In this document: positions 34,952-44,483 of the stretch, piece by piece | How the letters are laid out: every line of letters begins with the position of its first letter | Position numbering within the stretch: the first letter of the stretch is position 1 | Assembly (NCBI GenBank): GCA_035601835.1 | Contig: DATNNM010000018.1 | Coordinates: forward strand, 133,890 to 197,889 | Reading direction: 5' to 3' | From: Candidatus Tumulicola sp. | GTDB lineage: Bacteria > Vulcanimicrobiota > Vulcanimicrobiia > Eremiobacterales > Eremiobacteraceae | DNA length: 64,000 bases | Translations under genes and position numbers: made by a program | The notes under the pieces: model-generated | What the model saw: only the letters and a program-made list of their open reading frames with translations | Told to the model about the DNA's origin: nothing | Databases searched by the model: none

Positions 34952-37231
34952 CTACTTGACCTTCGTGATCTTGAACTTTATATCAAAGCAGGGACAACCG
35001 CTGCTCCACTCATCTTTACCAAGGTGGCCGGCAAGGTCCGCGCTGCCAGTCAGCGTGGGGTCCTGCGTGGCCGACAGCAAGCTTGGATCGTAGAACTGGG
35101 AGGCCGTTCCCGCGGAATCGCCACCGCCACAGCTGGTGCACAGGAAGCGCGACGCGTTGAAGTACGTCACGCGGAACGAGATGTGGAGCGGTTGATTGTC
35201 GACCACCGTCACCTCGAACGGAGCTGTGCTGCTCAAATCGATGTCATCTTTGTTGTGCACGTCCATGTACGATTCGTGATTGGAGTTGAAGCCACCGCCG
35301 AAGAGCAGACTGCCGCGCTGCTCCTCATTCACGTAGGCGTATAGTCCCCACGGTGCCGATCCGATCGTCGCGAGGTTTTTAATGACGTGCAGCGAGAGCG
35401 GTTGGACTTTGAAGATGTGGAGATTCTTGATGGCTGGCGCGTTCTTATCGGTCCACCTCACGCTGATTCGAGCGCCGAAAACCTCCGAAACGGAAACGGC
35501 ACCCCCGCCCGAAACGACAGTCCCTGTGCTCGACGGGAATTTTAGTGTGAAGGTATAGCCTCGCCCGTCGGGTGTCGGCGTCCAGGTGAGCGGTCCAGGA
35601 GCGCCTTGCATCTGCTTCACGCCAGGAGGTGCAAGCACGGCGGTCGCGCTGGGCCTGGGCGGCGCCATCACGTCGAATGTGTAGGTGGGGACGCTGACGG
35701 GTTGATGCGTTAGTCCGGGGTGGCCGAACTCGATTCCGAACGCGCCGCCGCCGTAGCTCGAGGCAAAGACATCGACGTGCGTCGCCTCGTGATTGTCTGA
35801 GGGGTCAGAACTTCCCAGCCGCCCGTTCCAGCCGCCGAGCGGCGCGAGCGCCGCATTTCGATACGTGGCGACGAACAGCGGGGGGTGAATCTCAGTTCGG
35901 TAGTTGGGCTTGCCGTGGCTGCAATCGAGGATGTGCCAGCCGACGACCTTGACTTTGTCTCCGACGGTCGGCCATGCCCACTCAGGCAACCCATCATGCC
36001 CATGGCCGGCGCGCTCCCATTCCACCTCGAGGCGTCCGACTTCACTCGGCGTGTACTCGCTGGTCACCAAGAAGTTGCCGTGCTTCAGCAGTTTTCGGTA
36101 GCCTTGGTCGGGGTAGACGAAGAAGTTGTAGTCCGCTGCGAAGTGCAAGGAGTCCGGTCCCAGGACCGGTACATGCGTCGCGTCTTCGGTTGCGATGTGC
36201 CCTTCGACAACCTGACCTTCGAGCGTTTCCGGCGCGACAACCGGCGGGGGAGAGAGAAGCCCCCAACCGACCGTCTTGCCGAAAATGACGGTATGCGCTT
36301 TGCATGGGCTGGTCAGGGGATAGTGTGAGCCTTGTTCCTCGCCGACCTGACCATCGAGCAGATTGTGCAATGTCGTAGTGCCGCGTAGCGATACGTATTG
36401 CGGGCTATCGGTAGCATTGTCGGTGAGAGTCAGCTCGCCGGTCTCTTCGACCAGACCCATGTGCGTCGCCGTGAAAGAGACTTGAATGGTGCACGAGTCA
36501 TCAGGATCGACGGAAACAACCGTTCCGCTTGCGTTGACGCACGTGGTACTCGGACCCAGCACGACTTTGAAGACGCTGCCGGGTATTGTGGCGCTGCTGA
36601 TTTTCAGCGGTGTGTTGCCGCCGTTGGTGATTGTCAGCGTCTGCTCGTGCATCAACCCGGATTCCAGGTTTCCGAAATCCAGGCCGCCGTGGTCTGTGTT
36701 GGGAGTGACGTCCAAGTGGTCGAGATTGCTTGGATGGACGACGACCCATGGAACAAACGGCGTTGGGCCTTCCAGTGAGAAGTACGTGCTTGCGCCAGGG
36801 GCGAGGCCGCCTGGAAAATTGACGAAACCGTCGCTTGCGTCCGTGACGGTGAATGTGTTCTTCGGTCCTTCGTACCCCGTCGGATTCGGCCATGTGCACA
36901 AAATGTACGTGCACAGTCCGTCGCCGTCGAAACCGAAAATATCAGGGCCGCTCAGTGGAATGCTTGTCACGGTGGCGTGCGATTTGTTGATGATGCCGAC
37001 GAGCGTGTCGTCGCCGCCGTCATATGGTCCCTGGCTGGGATCGTAGTAACCTGTGACGCGCCCCTTATCGTCGATCACGACGAGCACGCCACAGCTCAAG
37101 TCGGCGCCGATGGCAGGGCATTGGGTAAAAGGCGGGGTCGGACCGGATGCGAGGGCGTTCGCCGGAGCAAGAAATAGCAAGGGACCAACAACAGCAAAGG
37201 CGAGTGCGTAGCACCAAATCAGACGTCGCAT
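34952..37231 (-). CDS. Large secreted protein of unknown function with a choice-of-anchor-D/ASH-like beta-sandwich
   Basis: Start set at ATG 37231 (MRRLIWCYALAFAVVGPLLFLAPANALA). Block LDFGNLESG..TLTITNGGNTPLKISS...SCTIQVSFTA. No catalytic motif recognised. Confidence 0.6.
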   Translation of the reverse strand: MRRLIWCYALAFAVVGPLLFLAPANALASGPTPPFTQCPAIGADLSCGVLVVIDDKGRVTGYYDPSQGPYDGGDDTLVGIINKSHATVTSIPLSGPDIFGFDGDGLCTYILCTWPNPTGYEGPKNTFTVTDASDGFVNFPGGLAPGASTYFSLEGPTPFVPWVVVHPSNLDHLDVTPNTDHGGLDFGNLESGLMHEQTLTITNGGNTPLKISSATIPGSVFKVVLGPSTTCVNASGTVVSVDPDDSCTIQVSFTATHMGLVEETGELTLTDNATDSPQYVSLRGTTTLHNLLDGQVGEEQGSHYPLTSPCKAHTVIFGKTVGWGLLSPPPVVAPETLEGQVVEGHIATEDATHVPVLGPDSLHFAADYNFFVYPDQGYRKLLKHGNFLVTSEYTPSEVGRLEVEWERAGHGHDGLPEWAWPTVGDKVKVVGWHILDCSHGKPNYRTEIHPPLFVATYRNAALAPLGGWNGRLGSSDPSDNHEATHVDVFASSYGGGAFGIEFGHPGLTHQPVSVPTYTFDVMAPPRPSATAVLAPPGVKQMQGAPGPLTWTPTPDGRGYTFTLKFPSSTGTVVSGGGAVSVSEVFGARISVRWTDKNAPAIKNLHIFKVQPLSLHVIKNLATIGSAPWGLYAYVNEEQRGSLLFGGGFNSNHESYMDVHNKDDIDLSSTAPFEVTVVDNQPLHISFRVTYFNASRFLCTSCGGGDSAGTASQFYDPSLLSATQDPTLTGSADLAGHLGKDEWSSGCPCFDIKFKITKVK

Positions 37232-37449
37232 CGCGTAACCCCCGCTACACGTAGTGCTTAGAGGCGCCGATGTCCTTGGACCTGACGTCGTCTTGAAACG
37301 CTGGGCGTGGGAATCCCTCCCGCGGTGATGGGCGAGCGTTGAGAGGACACTCGGCGGCTCCAGGCGCGGGATCAGCAAATCGTGGAAGGACGTCGGCCCG
37401 CAGCCAGGAGTTGGACACGGTGTCTCCAGTTCAAAACGTGCAAAATCGT

Positions 37450-37481
37450 AAAAAAAACCCGCAACGCTTTATGCGATGCGG
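37450..37481 (-). terminator. Intrinsic terminator after tRNA-Asp
   Basis: Minus strand reads CCGCATCGCA-TAAA-GCGTTGCGG followed by a U-run (A-run 37450..37457 on the plus strand). Confidence 0.6.
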
Positions 37482-37488
37482 ATTTGAG

Positions 37489-37566
37489 TGGCGACGCTGA
37501 TCGGGCTCGAACCGACGACCTCCTGCGTGACAGGCAGGCGCTCTAAACCAACTGAGCTACAGCGCC
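37489..37566 (-). tRNA. tRNA-Asp (anticodon GUC), CCA encoded
   Basis: Manual cloverleaf: GGCGCUG acceptor, anticodon loop CUGUCAC, T-loop TTCGAGC. Confidence 0.9.
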
Positions 37567-37655
37567 ACGAAGCAATCTGGGGCGCTTGAATCTAATACGG
37601 TTTCCGCCGCGAGATGCCTGCCCGAGACGCGCCGAGTCACATGGCCATCAGTACG

Positions 37656-38159
37656 TCAGGGCTTTACTACGATCGCCCCGCGCATGCCGTCACCCAAGTG
37701 GTAGGCGCAGCCGAAGTAAAAGATGCCGACGGTCTTCGCGGTGAGGATCTGCGATTTTCCGCCATGTGACCGCAAAACGCCGCTACTCCACTCGCGCGCA
37801 TCAAGCTGGCTGCCGGATCGCTTGGTTGGATCGCCGGCGAATCGATAATTCTTCGGGACAGTTTGACCGCCGACAGCAAATCCCGTTGCGGTGTGGATCG
37901 AGTCGTCGGTGTTGACGAATTGGATGCGATCGCCGACGCGCACGGTGGCTACGGCAGGATCGTATCCGCGAAGTTTTCCTTGTATTGGCCGAACCTTCGG
38001 ACGAAAATCAAGGTCTGCGTTGATGATCTGCAACCGAGGTCGATGAGCGGCTGACGCCGCGAGAACCGCGGTGGCGGGGATGTGGTACGCTGCAGGCGCT
38101 GGTGCGAGCAGCGAAAACAGGACCAGGCCCAGCAGCGTCCGCAAGACACCTTTCAGCAT
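37656..38159 (-). CDS. Exported cupredoxin (plastocyanin/azurin-like type-1 copper protein)
   Basis: Signal peptide. Copper ligands: His in DSIHTATG and C-x2-H-x4-M in GCAYHLGDGM. Confidence 0.75.
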   Translation of the reverse strand: MLKGVLRTLLGLVLFSLLAPAPAAYHIPATAVLAASAAHRPRLQIINADLDFRPKVRPIQGKLRGYDPAVATVRVGDRIQFVNTDDSIHTATGFAVGGQTVPKNYRFAGDPTKRSGSQLDAREWSSGVLRSHGGKSQILTAKTVGIFYFGCAYHLGDGMRGAIVVKP

Positions 38160-38231
38160 ACGATGCCTCCTTAAGAGGGTACGGCCTTGACTATGTACCC
38201 GCCAAGCAGGCGCTCTAAAACCGAGCTGTGC

Positions 38232-38594
38232 TTAGGGTGCGGGCGCGTCGACGTAGGTGAGCGGAACCACGCGCGATATCCCCGTGAGTTCGAAGATCCG
38301 CTGCGCAGCGCTTCCGGATGCCGCGATGACGCGCACGGCGAGATGCGGTCGTTCGGCGATCTGGAGCAGCGTATTGACGCAATACGAGTCCAAGTACGTG
38401 CACCCGGTCATGTCGATGACCACCGGACGGCCTGCCTGCGCTGCTTCCGCGATTGCGTTTCGAAAGAGCGGCCCGTTGAACAAATCTATCTCGCCCCTGA
38501 CTTTGATCAGCTCCTGATCTTCAAGGGAGATGCGGTCGAAAGCGGCCTGGGGTTGAATGCTGGGTTCGCGCTTCTTGGTCGGCATTAGGGCCAC
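38232..38594 (-). CDS. STAS-domain protein (anti-sigma-factor antagonist-like)
   Basis: SpoIIAA-like pattern (IKVRGEIDLFNGPLFRNAI...VVIDMTGCTYLDSYCVNTLLQ). Confidence 0.7.
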   Translation of the reverse strand: MALMPTKKREPSIQPQAAFDRISLEDQELIKVRGEIDLFNGPLFRNAIAEAAQAGRPVVIDMTGCTYLDSYCVNTLLQIAERPHLAVRVIAASGSAAQRIFELTGISRVVPLTYVDAPAP

Positions 38595-38658
38595 GATTCA
38601 CGAAAGCGGGCAGTTCTCCCCGCAATCGAACACCTGTTGCAGGTCGGGGCCTCGTTGG

Positions 38659-39168
38659 TCAGGGCTTGGCGGCGATCAGGTCCATTTCGGTCTTGATCTC
38701 GCGCTCGGTCATCGGCCCGATCTGCGCCGCCTTGATCTTTCCGGACGGTGCGATGAAAATGTGCAGCGGCAGGGCATTGACCCCGTAGGTGGCGCCGACG
38801 CGGCCGTCAGTGTCGGAAAGGATCCCATACTGCAGCCGGTACTTCTTCACGAATGCGAGCGCCGGCTGTGTCTGGTCGAGTTCGTCGATGCCGACCACCA
38901 CCACGTTACGCTTGGCGTAGACGCGCGCGATCTTGCTCAGCCACGGCGCTTCTTCTTTACACGGGTCGCACCAGGACGCGAAGAAGTTCAGATACACGCC
39001 GTGACCTTTGAAGGAAGACAGCGCGATCTGACCGCTGCCGTTTGCGATGACCGGCAACGTGAAGTCCGGAGCCGGCTGGCCCGGCATCGGCGGTTGATCG
39101 GCGCGCGACGGTGCGAACGCGGCGAAGCTCAGCGCAAGCGCGACGAGCGACCCCAGCGCGCGTTTCAC
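38659..39168 (-). CDS. Exported TlpA/ResA-like thiol-disulfide oxidoreductase
   Basis: Signal peptide and the thioredoxin motif FFASWCDPCKEEAP. 4-nt overlap with the upstream peroxiredoxin gene. Confidence 0.85.
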   Translation of the reverse strand: MKRALGSLVALALSFAAFAPSRADQPPMPGQPAPDFTLPVIANGSGQIALSSFKGHGVYLNFFASWCDPCKEEAPWLSKIARVYAKRNVVVVGIDELDQTQPALAFVKKYRLQYGILSDTDGRVGATYGVNALPLHIFIAPSGKIKAAQIGPMTEREIKTEMDLIAAKP

Positions 39169-39728
39169 TGCTGTTGGTGAGCCTCGAGCCAGTCTAGCGT
39201 CTTGTTGACGTTGCCGAGCGGACTCCAGTCGAACACCATGTGGGCTACCTTGCCGTCGCGACCGATGATGAAGGTCGTGCGTTTGGCGTAGATCTTGCCC
39301 GCGTCTTCGAGCGTCACCCCATAGGCCTTGATCGCCTCGGCCTTGGGATCGGATGCAAAGCGCTGGGGCGCCTTTTCTTCCTTTTGAAAGCGGGCGAGCG
39401 TGTCGATGGGGTCCGGGGAGATGCCCACGACCTCGGCGCCGAGCTTGTCGAAGTCCGCCAGCCTGGCGGCGTAGGCTTTCGCCTCCACGGTTCAGCCGGC
39501 GCTGAAGGCTAGGGGGAAGAAATACAGGACGACGATCTTCTTCGATAATTCGTTCTTGAGATTGAAAGGAACGGTCTTGCCGTCAAGGACCGATTGACCG
39601 ACGATGTTGGGCGCGACCGAACCCTCCGGCAAGATGCCGGCGGATTCGTCCGCGGCGGCAAAAACGGGGGCTGCGGCCAAGATCGCAGCCGCGGCGGCGG
39701 CTCCTATGAATCGACTGAAGGAATGCAT
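39165..39728 (-). CDS. Exported PrxQ/BCP-type peroxiredoxin with in-frame UGA (Sec) at the peroxidatic position (39492..39494)
   Basis: ORFs 39492..40088 and 39165..39488 share one frame. Read-through gives KIVVLYFFPLAFSAG-U-TVEAKAY...GAEVVGISPD, the Prx active-site block. Start set at ATG 39728, followed by a signal peptide. Confidence 0.7.
39455..39469 (-). promoter_or_regulatory. Candidate SECIS hairpin for the peroxiredoxin UGA
   Basis: CCGCCA-GGC-UGGCGG on the mRNA strand, starting 23 nt after the UGA. Confidence 0.35.
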
Positions 39729-39785
39729 GCTGACAGGATTTGAAGATATGCTCAGAGTTTCCCGTCGCGCAACCTTGGAAAAAGC

Positions 39786-40832
39786 ATGAACGTTTTCATC
39801 TTCAGCCTCGCAGCGCTCGCTCTCTACGCCGCTCCGGGCCCTACGATCGCGCCTTCCGGGGCGACTGATCTCGAAACGCTGCGCGTGCGCAGCGCGGCGG
39901 TGGCGGCCGACTGCAAGTCGCACTTCGTCGACATCGACGCGCGCTCGGGTTTGGGGGCAGCGCTCTACTCGCGCGTGCAAAGCGACGCGGCGCGCATCGA
40001 CGCGGCTGCGCTGGGAAAAACCGACGCTCGTTTCACCGCCGCTGATCTCACGATGCTCGTCGATCTCGACCGCAGCGTGATCGATCAACTTTCGACCGGA
40101 GTCTATCGCGATCTCGGCTCCGTGCGTGGCGCCGGCGCGGTGTTGTTGCGTTTGAGCGACGCCGGCAAGCCGCAGCCGGTGGCTGTCTTCGTGCCGCCGT
40201 CATATGGAGTTTCCGAGAAGGTCCCGTCGCTGATCATCTATCTCCACGGCAAAGACGAGCACGAGGGCGAAGTCATCGCATCGCATACGATCCGCCAGCT
40301 CGCCACCGACTCGGAGAGCGTAGTCGTCGCGCCGTTCCTCAACGGCAAGGACCTGATGTCGGACCGCAGCGTCACCGAACTCTACCGGCTCGTCGATCTC
40401 GTCGAGCAATCGTTCAGGATCGACCGGCGCTCCGTGTACCTGGCCGGCCACTCGCTCGGCGGCTTCGCGACGTTTAAAGCCGCAACCGTGCATCCGGATC
40501 GGTGGACCGCGTTGCTCGTGGCTGCGGGCGCGGTCGCGGAAAGCGACAGCGACTCGGTCGCGCAGCACCTGCGCGGCAAGCCCGTCTACTTGGTGGCCGG
40601 CTCAGCGGACAAGCAGGTCACGGCGACCTACATGCGCCAGCTTGCCGCCTGGCTCGCGCTCCACGGCGCCTTGCCCAGCTACTACGAGCAGGCGGGTGCA
40701 GCGCACGACTTCGCCATGCTTGCTCCCGCGCTGGGCCGAGCATGGCGCGATATGCTCGCCGGGGTACGCAGCCCCGTGCCCGACACGTTCGCGCAGCCAA
40801 GCGTGCCCCCGCAGACGCCGAAGCCGTTTTAG
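39786..40832 (+). CDS. Secreted alpha/beta hydrolase (esterase/peptidase S9-like)
   Basis: Signal peptide and the nucleophile elbow GHSLGG. Confidence 0.7.
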   Translation: MNVFIFSLAALALYAAPGPTIAPSGATDLETLRVRSAAVAADCKSHFVDIDARSGLGAALYSRVQSDAARIDAAALGKTDARFTAADLTMLVDLDRSVIDQLSTGVYRDLGSVRGAGAVLLRLSDAGKPQPVAVFVPPSYGVSEKVPSLIIYLHGKDEHEGEVIASHTIRQLATDSESVVVAPFLNGKDLMSDRSVTELYRLVDLVEQSFRIDRRSVYLAGHSLGGFATFKAATVHPDRWTALLVAAGAVAESDSDSVAQHLRGKPVYLVAGSADKQVTATYMRQLAAWLALHGALPSYYEQAGAAHDFAMLAPALGRAWRDMLAGVRSPVPDTFAQPSVPPQTPKPF

Positions 40833-40891
40833 ACCCTCCGCGCCTGCGGCGGACAAGGACGCACGGCCGCCGCGGCAAATTGCTCAATGTT

Positions 40892-43800
40892 ATGAACAAC
40901 GCGGGCTATTATCGTCACCCGACGTTATCGGGGGATGTCATCATATTTGTCTGTGAAGATGATCTTTGGTCGGTGCCGACCTCCGGCGGCGTTGCGCGGC
41001 GCTTGACCGCCGGGCTGGGCGAATGCTCGAGCCCGCGCCTGTCGCGCGACGGAAGACTCGTCGCCTTCGTCGGCCGTGAAGAGGGGCACCCCGAAGTTTA
41101 CGTCATGCCTGCGGACGGCGGACCCGCGAAACGCCTCACGTTCATGGGCGCAGAGACCTGCAGCGTCGTGGGGTGGACGCCCGACGGCAAGGACATCCTG
41201 TTCGCAAGCGACGGTCGCTCGCCGTTTTTCCGGCACACCGAAGGCTTTCGCGTGAGCGGCTCCGGCGGCGCGCCGCGAGCGCTCGGCCTCGGCCACATGC
41301 TTTCGTTCGATATCCGGCGCGACGGCGCGACCGTGCTCGGCCGCAACAACAACGATCCCGCCCGCTGGAAGCGCTATCGTGGCGGCACCGCCGGCGAGCT
41401 GTGGATCGACGCGCATGGAACTGGCACGTTCCGGCGGCTGATCTCCTTGCCTGGCAATTCCGTCACCCCGATGTGGCTCGGCGACCGCGTTTTCTTCCTG
41501 TCCGATCACGAAGGCGTCGGCAATCTGTACTCGTGTCAGCCCGACGGCGGCGACCTGCGCCGGCACACCGACCACGCTGAATACTACGTGCGTTTTCCAT
41601 CGACCGACGGCAAGCGCGTGGTCTACGGCGCAGGCGCCGAGCTGCATGTATACGACCCCGCGAGCGACACGGCGACGCGGCTCGAGGTCACCTGTCCCTC
41701 CACGCCGACGCATACCGCGCGGCGTTTCGTCGATGCCGCACCGCACCTCGAACACTTCGCGCCGCATCCGGACGGACGCTCGCTCGCTCTTGTGGTGCGC
41801 GGGCAGCCGTACACGATGCCGTTGTGGGAGGAAGCTGCCGTCCATCACGGAGTCGGCAGCCGCGTCCGCTACCGAAACACGGAATGGCTGCGCGACGGCG
41901 CGCGCTTCGCCGTGGTCGATGACGCCTCGGGAGCCGACCGGGTGGAGATCATCGAGGAGACCTTGATCGCTCCGACCTCGGCCGCGGGATCGAACGCGGC
42001 TCTCGACGTCGATCTCGGGCGCGTGGTCGAGATGGTGGCCTCGCCGGCCGCGGATCTGCTCGCGATCGCCAATCATCGGCACGAGTTGTTGCTGCTCGAC
42101 ATCGGCACGAAAACGGCGCGCGTCATCGACCGCAGTCCGGCGGCTCGCGTGCGCGACGTCGCTTGGTCGCCTGACGGCCGCTGGATCGCCTACAGCTGGG
42201 CTCCACAGCAGGACCAGGCTATCATCAGAGTGGCGGAGGCCGAAACGGGGCGGGTGCACGATGTGACGACTCCCCTGCGCATCGATCGCGCGCCGGCGTG
42301 GGATCCGGAAGGCAAGTATCTTTATTTCCTGTCGACGCGCGACTTCAATCCCGTCTACGATGCGCTGCAGTTCGATCTCGGTTTCCCCTACGCGGTCAGA
42401 CCTTTTCTTGTGACGCTGCGCGGCGACGTGGCCTCTCCCTTCGTGCCCAAGCCGCGCGCCTTCAACGGCGTCTCCAAGAGCAAAGAGGATGAGTATCCGA
42501 GCGTTTCGATGCCCGGACTCGTCGCGCCGCCGGCCGAGGCCGTGGCCGCGCGGGTGAGCGATGCTCCGCCTGCCGCCGCGCTCCCGCCGACGATGGCGGA
42601 GGCGGTGCGGCCGCCGCTCGACATCGACATCGACTTCGATGGCATCGCCGGGCGCATCGTCGGCTTTCCCGTGGAGGAAAGCCGCTACGAGCAGATCGCC
42701 GGCGCTGTGGGCCGAGCGCTGTTCACGCAATTCCCGGTGCGCGGCAGTTTGGATCGCAACATCTTCAAGGACGAGCCGCGAGATGACGGCACCCTCATCG
42801 CGTTCGATTTCGGCGAGCAGCGCGCCGCGCCGATCGCGCACGAGGTGGGGGCGATCAGGCTCGCGGCGGATCATCACACGTTGGTGTACCTGTCCGGCCA
42901 CAAGCTGCGCGCCATGGATGCGCTCGAACCGCTGACCGACGAGTTCAAGCCGCCGCTCGCCGGCGAGGCGAATCGCCGGACCGGCTGGATAGACTTGGGG
43001 CGCATCAGCGTGCCGGTCGAACCGCGCGAGGAATGGGCGCAGATGCTCGACGAGGCGTGGCGCTTGCAGCGCGAGCAGTTCTGGGATTCCGCGATGTCGC
43101 AGGTCGACTGGGAGCTGGTGCGTGCGCGCTACACGCGCCTGCTGCCGCGCGTGCGTTCGCGTTCCGAACTCTCCGACCTGTTCTGGGAGATGCAAGGCGA
43201 GCTGGGCACGTCGCACGCGTATGAGTATTTTGGAGACTATCGCAGACCGCCGCAGTACAAGGTCGGCTTGCTCGGTGCCGACCTCGAGTTCGACGAGCGC
43301 AGCAACGGATACCGGATCGCGCGCATTCTGCGGGGAGATTCGTGGGATCGCGATGCCGACTCGCCTTTGGCGGAGCCGGGTCTGCGCGTGCGCGAGGGCG
43401 ATGTGATCCTGACCGTCGGCGGGCAGCCGGTGCGCAGAGATCGCTCGCCCGAAGAACTGCTGGTGAACTCGGCGGGCCGCGAAGTGGCGCTCGGAGTTAT
43501 CGATCCGAAGGGCGAACGGCGTCGCGTCGTGGTCAAGGCGTTGCGCGAAGAGCGCAAGCTGCGCTATCGCGAATGGGTCGAGACGAACCGCCGGCACGTG
43601 CGCGAGCGCACGCAAGGCCGGGTCGGTTATCTGCATATCCCCGACATGGGTCCCTTGGGTTTCGCGGAGTTCCACCGCGGATTCTTGGCGGAGTTGAACC
43701 GCGAAGGCCTCATCGTGGATCTGCGCTACAATCGGGGCGGCCACGTCTCAGCGCTGCTGTTGGAAAAATTGGCGCGGCGGCGGGTCGGCTATGACGTCTC

Positions 43801-44242
43801 GCGTTGGGGTTTGCCGCAGCCGTATCCGTCAGAATCCGTGGCGGGTCCGCTGGTCGGCATCACCAATCAGTTCGCAGGCTCCGACGGCGATATCTTCAGC
43901 CATTGCTTTAAGCTCTACAAGTTGGGGCCGCTTGTCGGCAAGCGCACGTGGGGCGGGGTCATCGGCATATGGCCGCAGCATCCGCTGGTGGACGGCACCG
44001 TCACGACGCAGCCCGAGTTCTCGTTCTGGTTCATGGACGTGGGCTGGAACGTTGAGAACTACGGCACCGATCCGGACTACGAGGTGGACATCCCGCCGCA
44101 CGACTATCGCGACGGCCGCGATCCGCAGATGGACAAAGCGTTGGAGTTGGTCGAGCAAGCGCTGGCGCAAAACCCGGTGAAGCTGCCGACGTTCGACGGG
44201 CGCCCGAACCTGGCGCATCCAAAACTCCCACCCCGCAAGTGA
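40892..44242 (+). CDS. Tricorn protease homologue (S41 family)
   Basis: N-terminus YYRHPTLSGDVIIFVCEDDLWSVPTSGGVARRLT is typical of tricorn. Propeller repeats and a C-terminal S41-like region. ATG 40892 chosen instead of the 130-codon Arg-rich extension. Confidence 0.85.
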   Translation: MNNAGYYRHPTLSGDVIIFVCEDDLWSVPTSGGVARRLTAGLGECSSPRLSRDGRLVAFVGREEGHPEVYVMPADGGPAKRLTFMGAETCSVVGWTPDGKDILFASDGRSPFFRHTEGFRVSGSGGAPRALGLGHMLSFDIRRDGATVLGRNNNDPARWKRYRGGTAGELWIDAHGTGTFRRLISLPGNSVTPMWLGDRVFFLSDHEGVGNLYSCQPDGGDLRRHTDHAEYYVRFPSTDGKRVVYGAGAELHVYDPASDTATRLEVTCPSTPTHTARRFVDAAPHLEHFAPHPDGRSLALVVRGQPYTMPLWEEAAVHHGVGSRVRYRNTEWLRDGARFAVVDDASGADRVEIIEETLIAPTSAAGSNAALDVDLGRVVEMVASPAADLLAIANHRHELLLLDIGTKTARVIDRSPAARVRDVAWSPDGRWIAYSWAPQQDQAIIRVAEAETGRVHDVTTPLRIDRAPAWDPEGKYLYFLSTRDFNPVYDALQFDLGFPYAVRPFLVTLRGDVASPFVPKPRAFNGVSKSKEDEYPSVSMPGLVAPPAEAVAARVSDAPPAAALPPTMAEAVRPPLDIDIDFDGIAGRIVGFPVEESRYEQIAGAVGRALFTQFPVRGSLDRNIFKDEPRDDGTLIAFDFGEQRAAPIAHEVGAIRLAADHHTLVYLSGHKLRAMDALEPLTDEFKPPLAGEANRRTGWIDLGRISVPVEPREEWAQMLDEAWRLQREQFWDSAMSQVDWELVRARYTRLLPRVRSRSELSDLFWEMQGELGTSHAYEYFGDYRRPPQYKVGLLGADLEFDERSNGYRIARILRGDSWDRDADSPLAEPGLRVREGDVILTVGGQPVRRDRSPEELLVNSAGREVALGVIDPKGERRRVVVKALREERKLRYREWVETNRRHVRERTQGRVGYLHIPDMGPLGFAEFHRGFLAELNREGLIVDLRYNRGGHVSALLLEKLARRRVGYDVSRWGLPQPYPSESVAGPLVGITNQFAGSDGDIFSHCFKLYKLGPLVGKRTWGGVIGIWPQHPLVDGTVTTQPEFSFWFMDVGWNVENYGTDPDYEVDIPPHDYRDGRDPQMDKALELVEQALAQNPVKLPTFDGRPNLAHPKLPPRK

Positions 44243-44264
44243 CTGTGTAGCGACCCGATCGCGG

Positions 44265-44290
44265 ATGTAGTGCCGGGGCTTTAGCCCCGG
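44265..44290 (+). repeat. REP-like hairpin unit
   Basis: ATGTAG-TGCCGGGGC-TTTA-GCCCCGG; from TGTAG onward identical to the first unit at 1996..2020. Confidence 0.55.
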
Positions 44291-44483
44291 TTGTGATATG
44301 CTGATGCGACGTCTTTTTATCGGCGTGCTCCAAGGTCTGGCTGCGGCCGCGATCGTCGGCGCAACGCTGTTCAGCTGCGCTTGGCGACTCGATATTCCGC
44401 AGTTCTGGATCTAGGCCGGGATCATCGCCGCGACAACGGTCGCGAGCGTTCTCCTGGTCGACCCTTCCCTCTACGCCGAACGA

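Noticed and set aside
40502-40891. Long N-terminal extensions in the ORF track. This range is the tricorn example; the others are 52398..52862 for dinB, 52128..52487 for manA, 17425..17592 for the LuxR gene and 39729..40088 for the Prx gene.
   Set aside because: The extensions are Arg/Pro-rich and overlap neighbouring genes or promoters. They also precede the point where family similarity begins, so internal starts were chosen.
40925-43744. 939-aa ORF on the minus strand.
   Set aside because: It is antisense to the tricorn protease gene. The composition is low-complexity and Arg-rich, with no recognisable domain.
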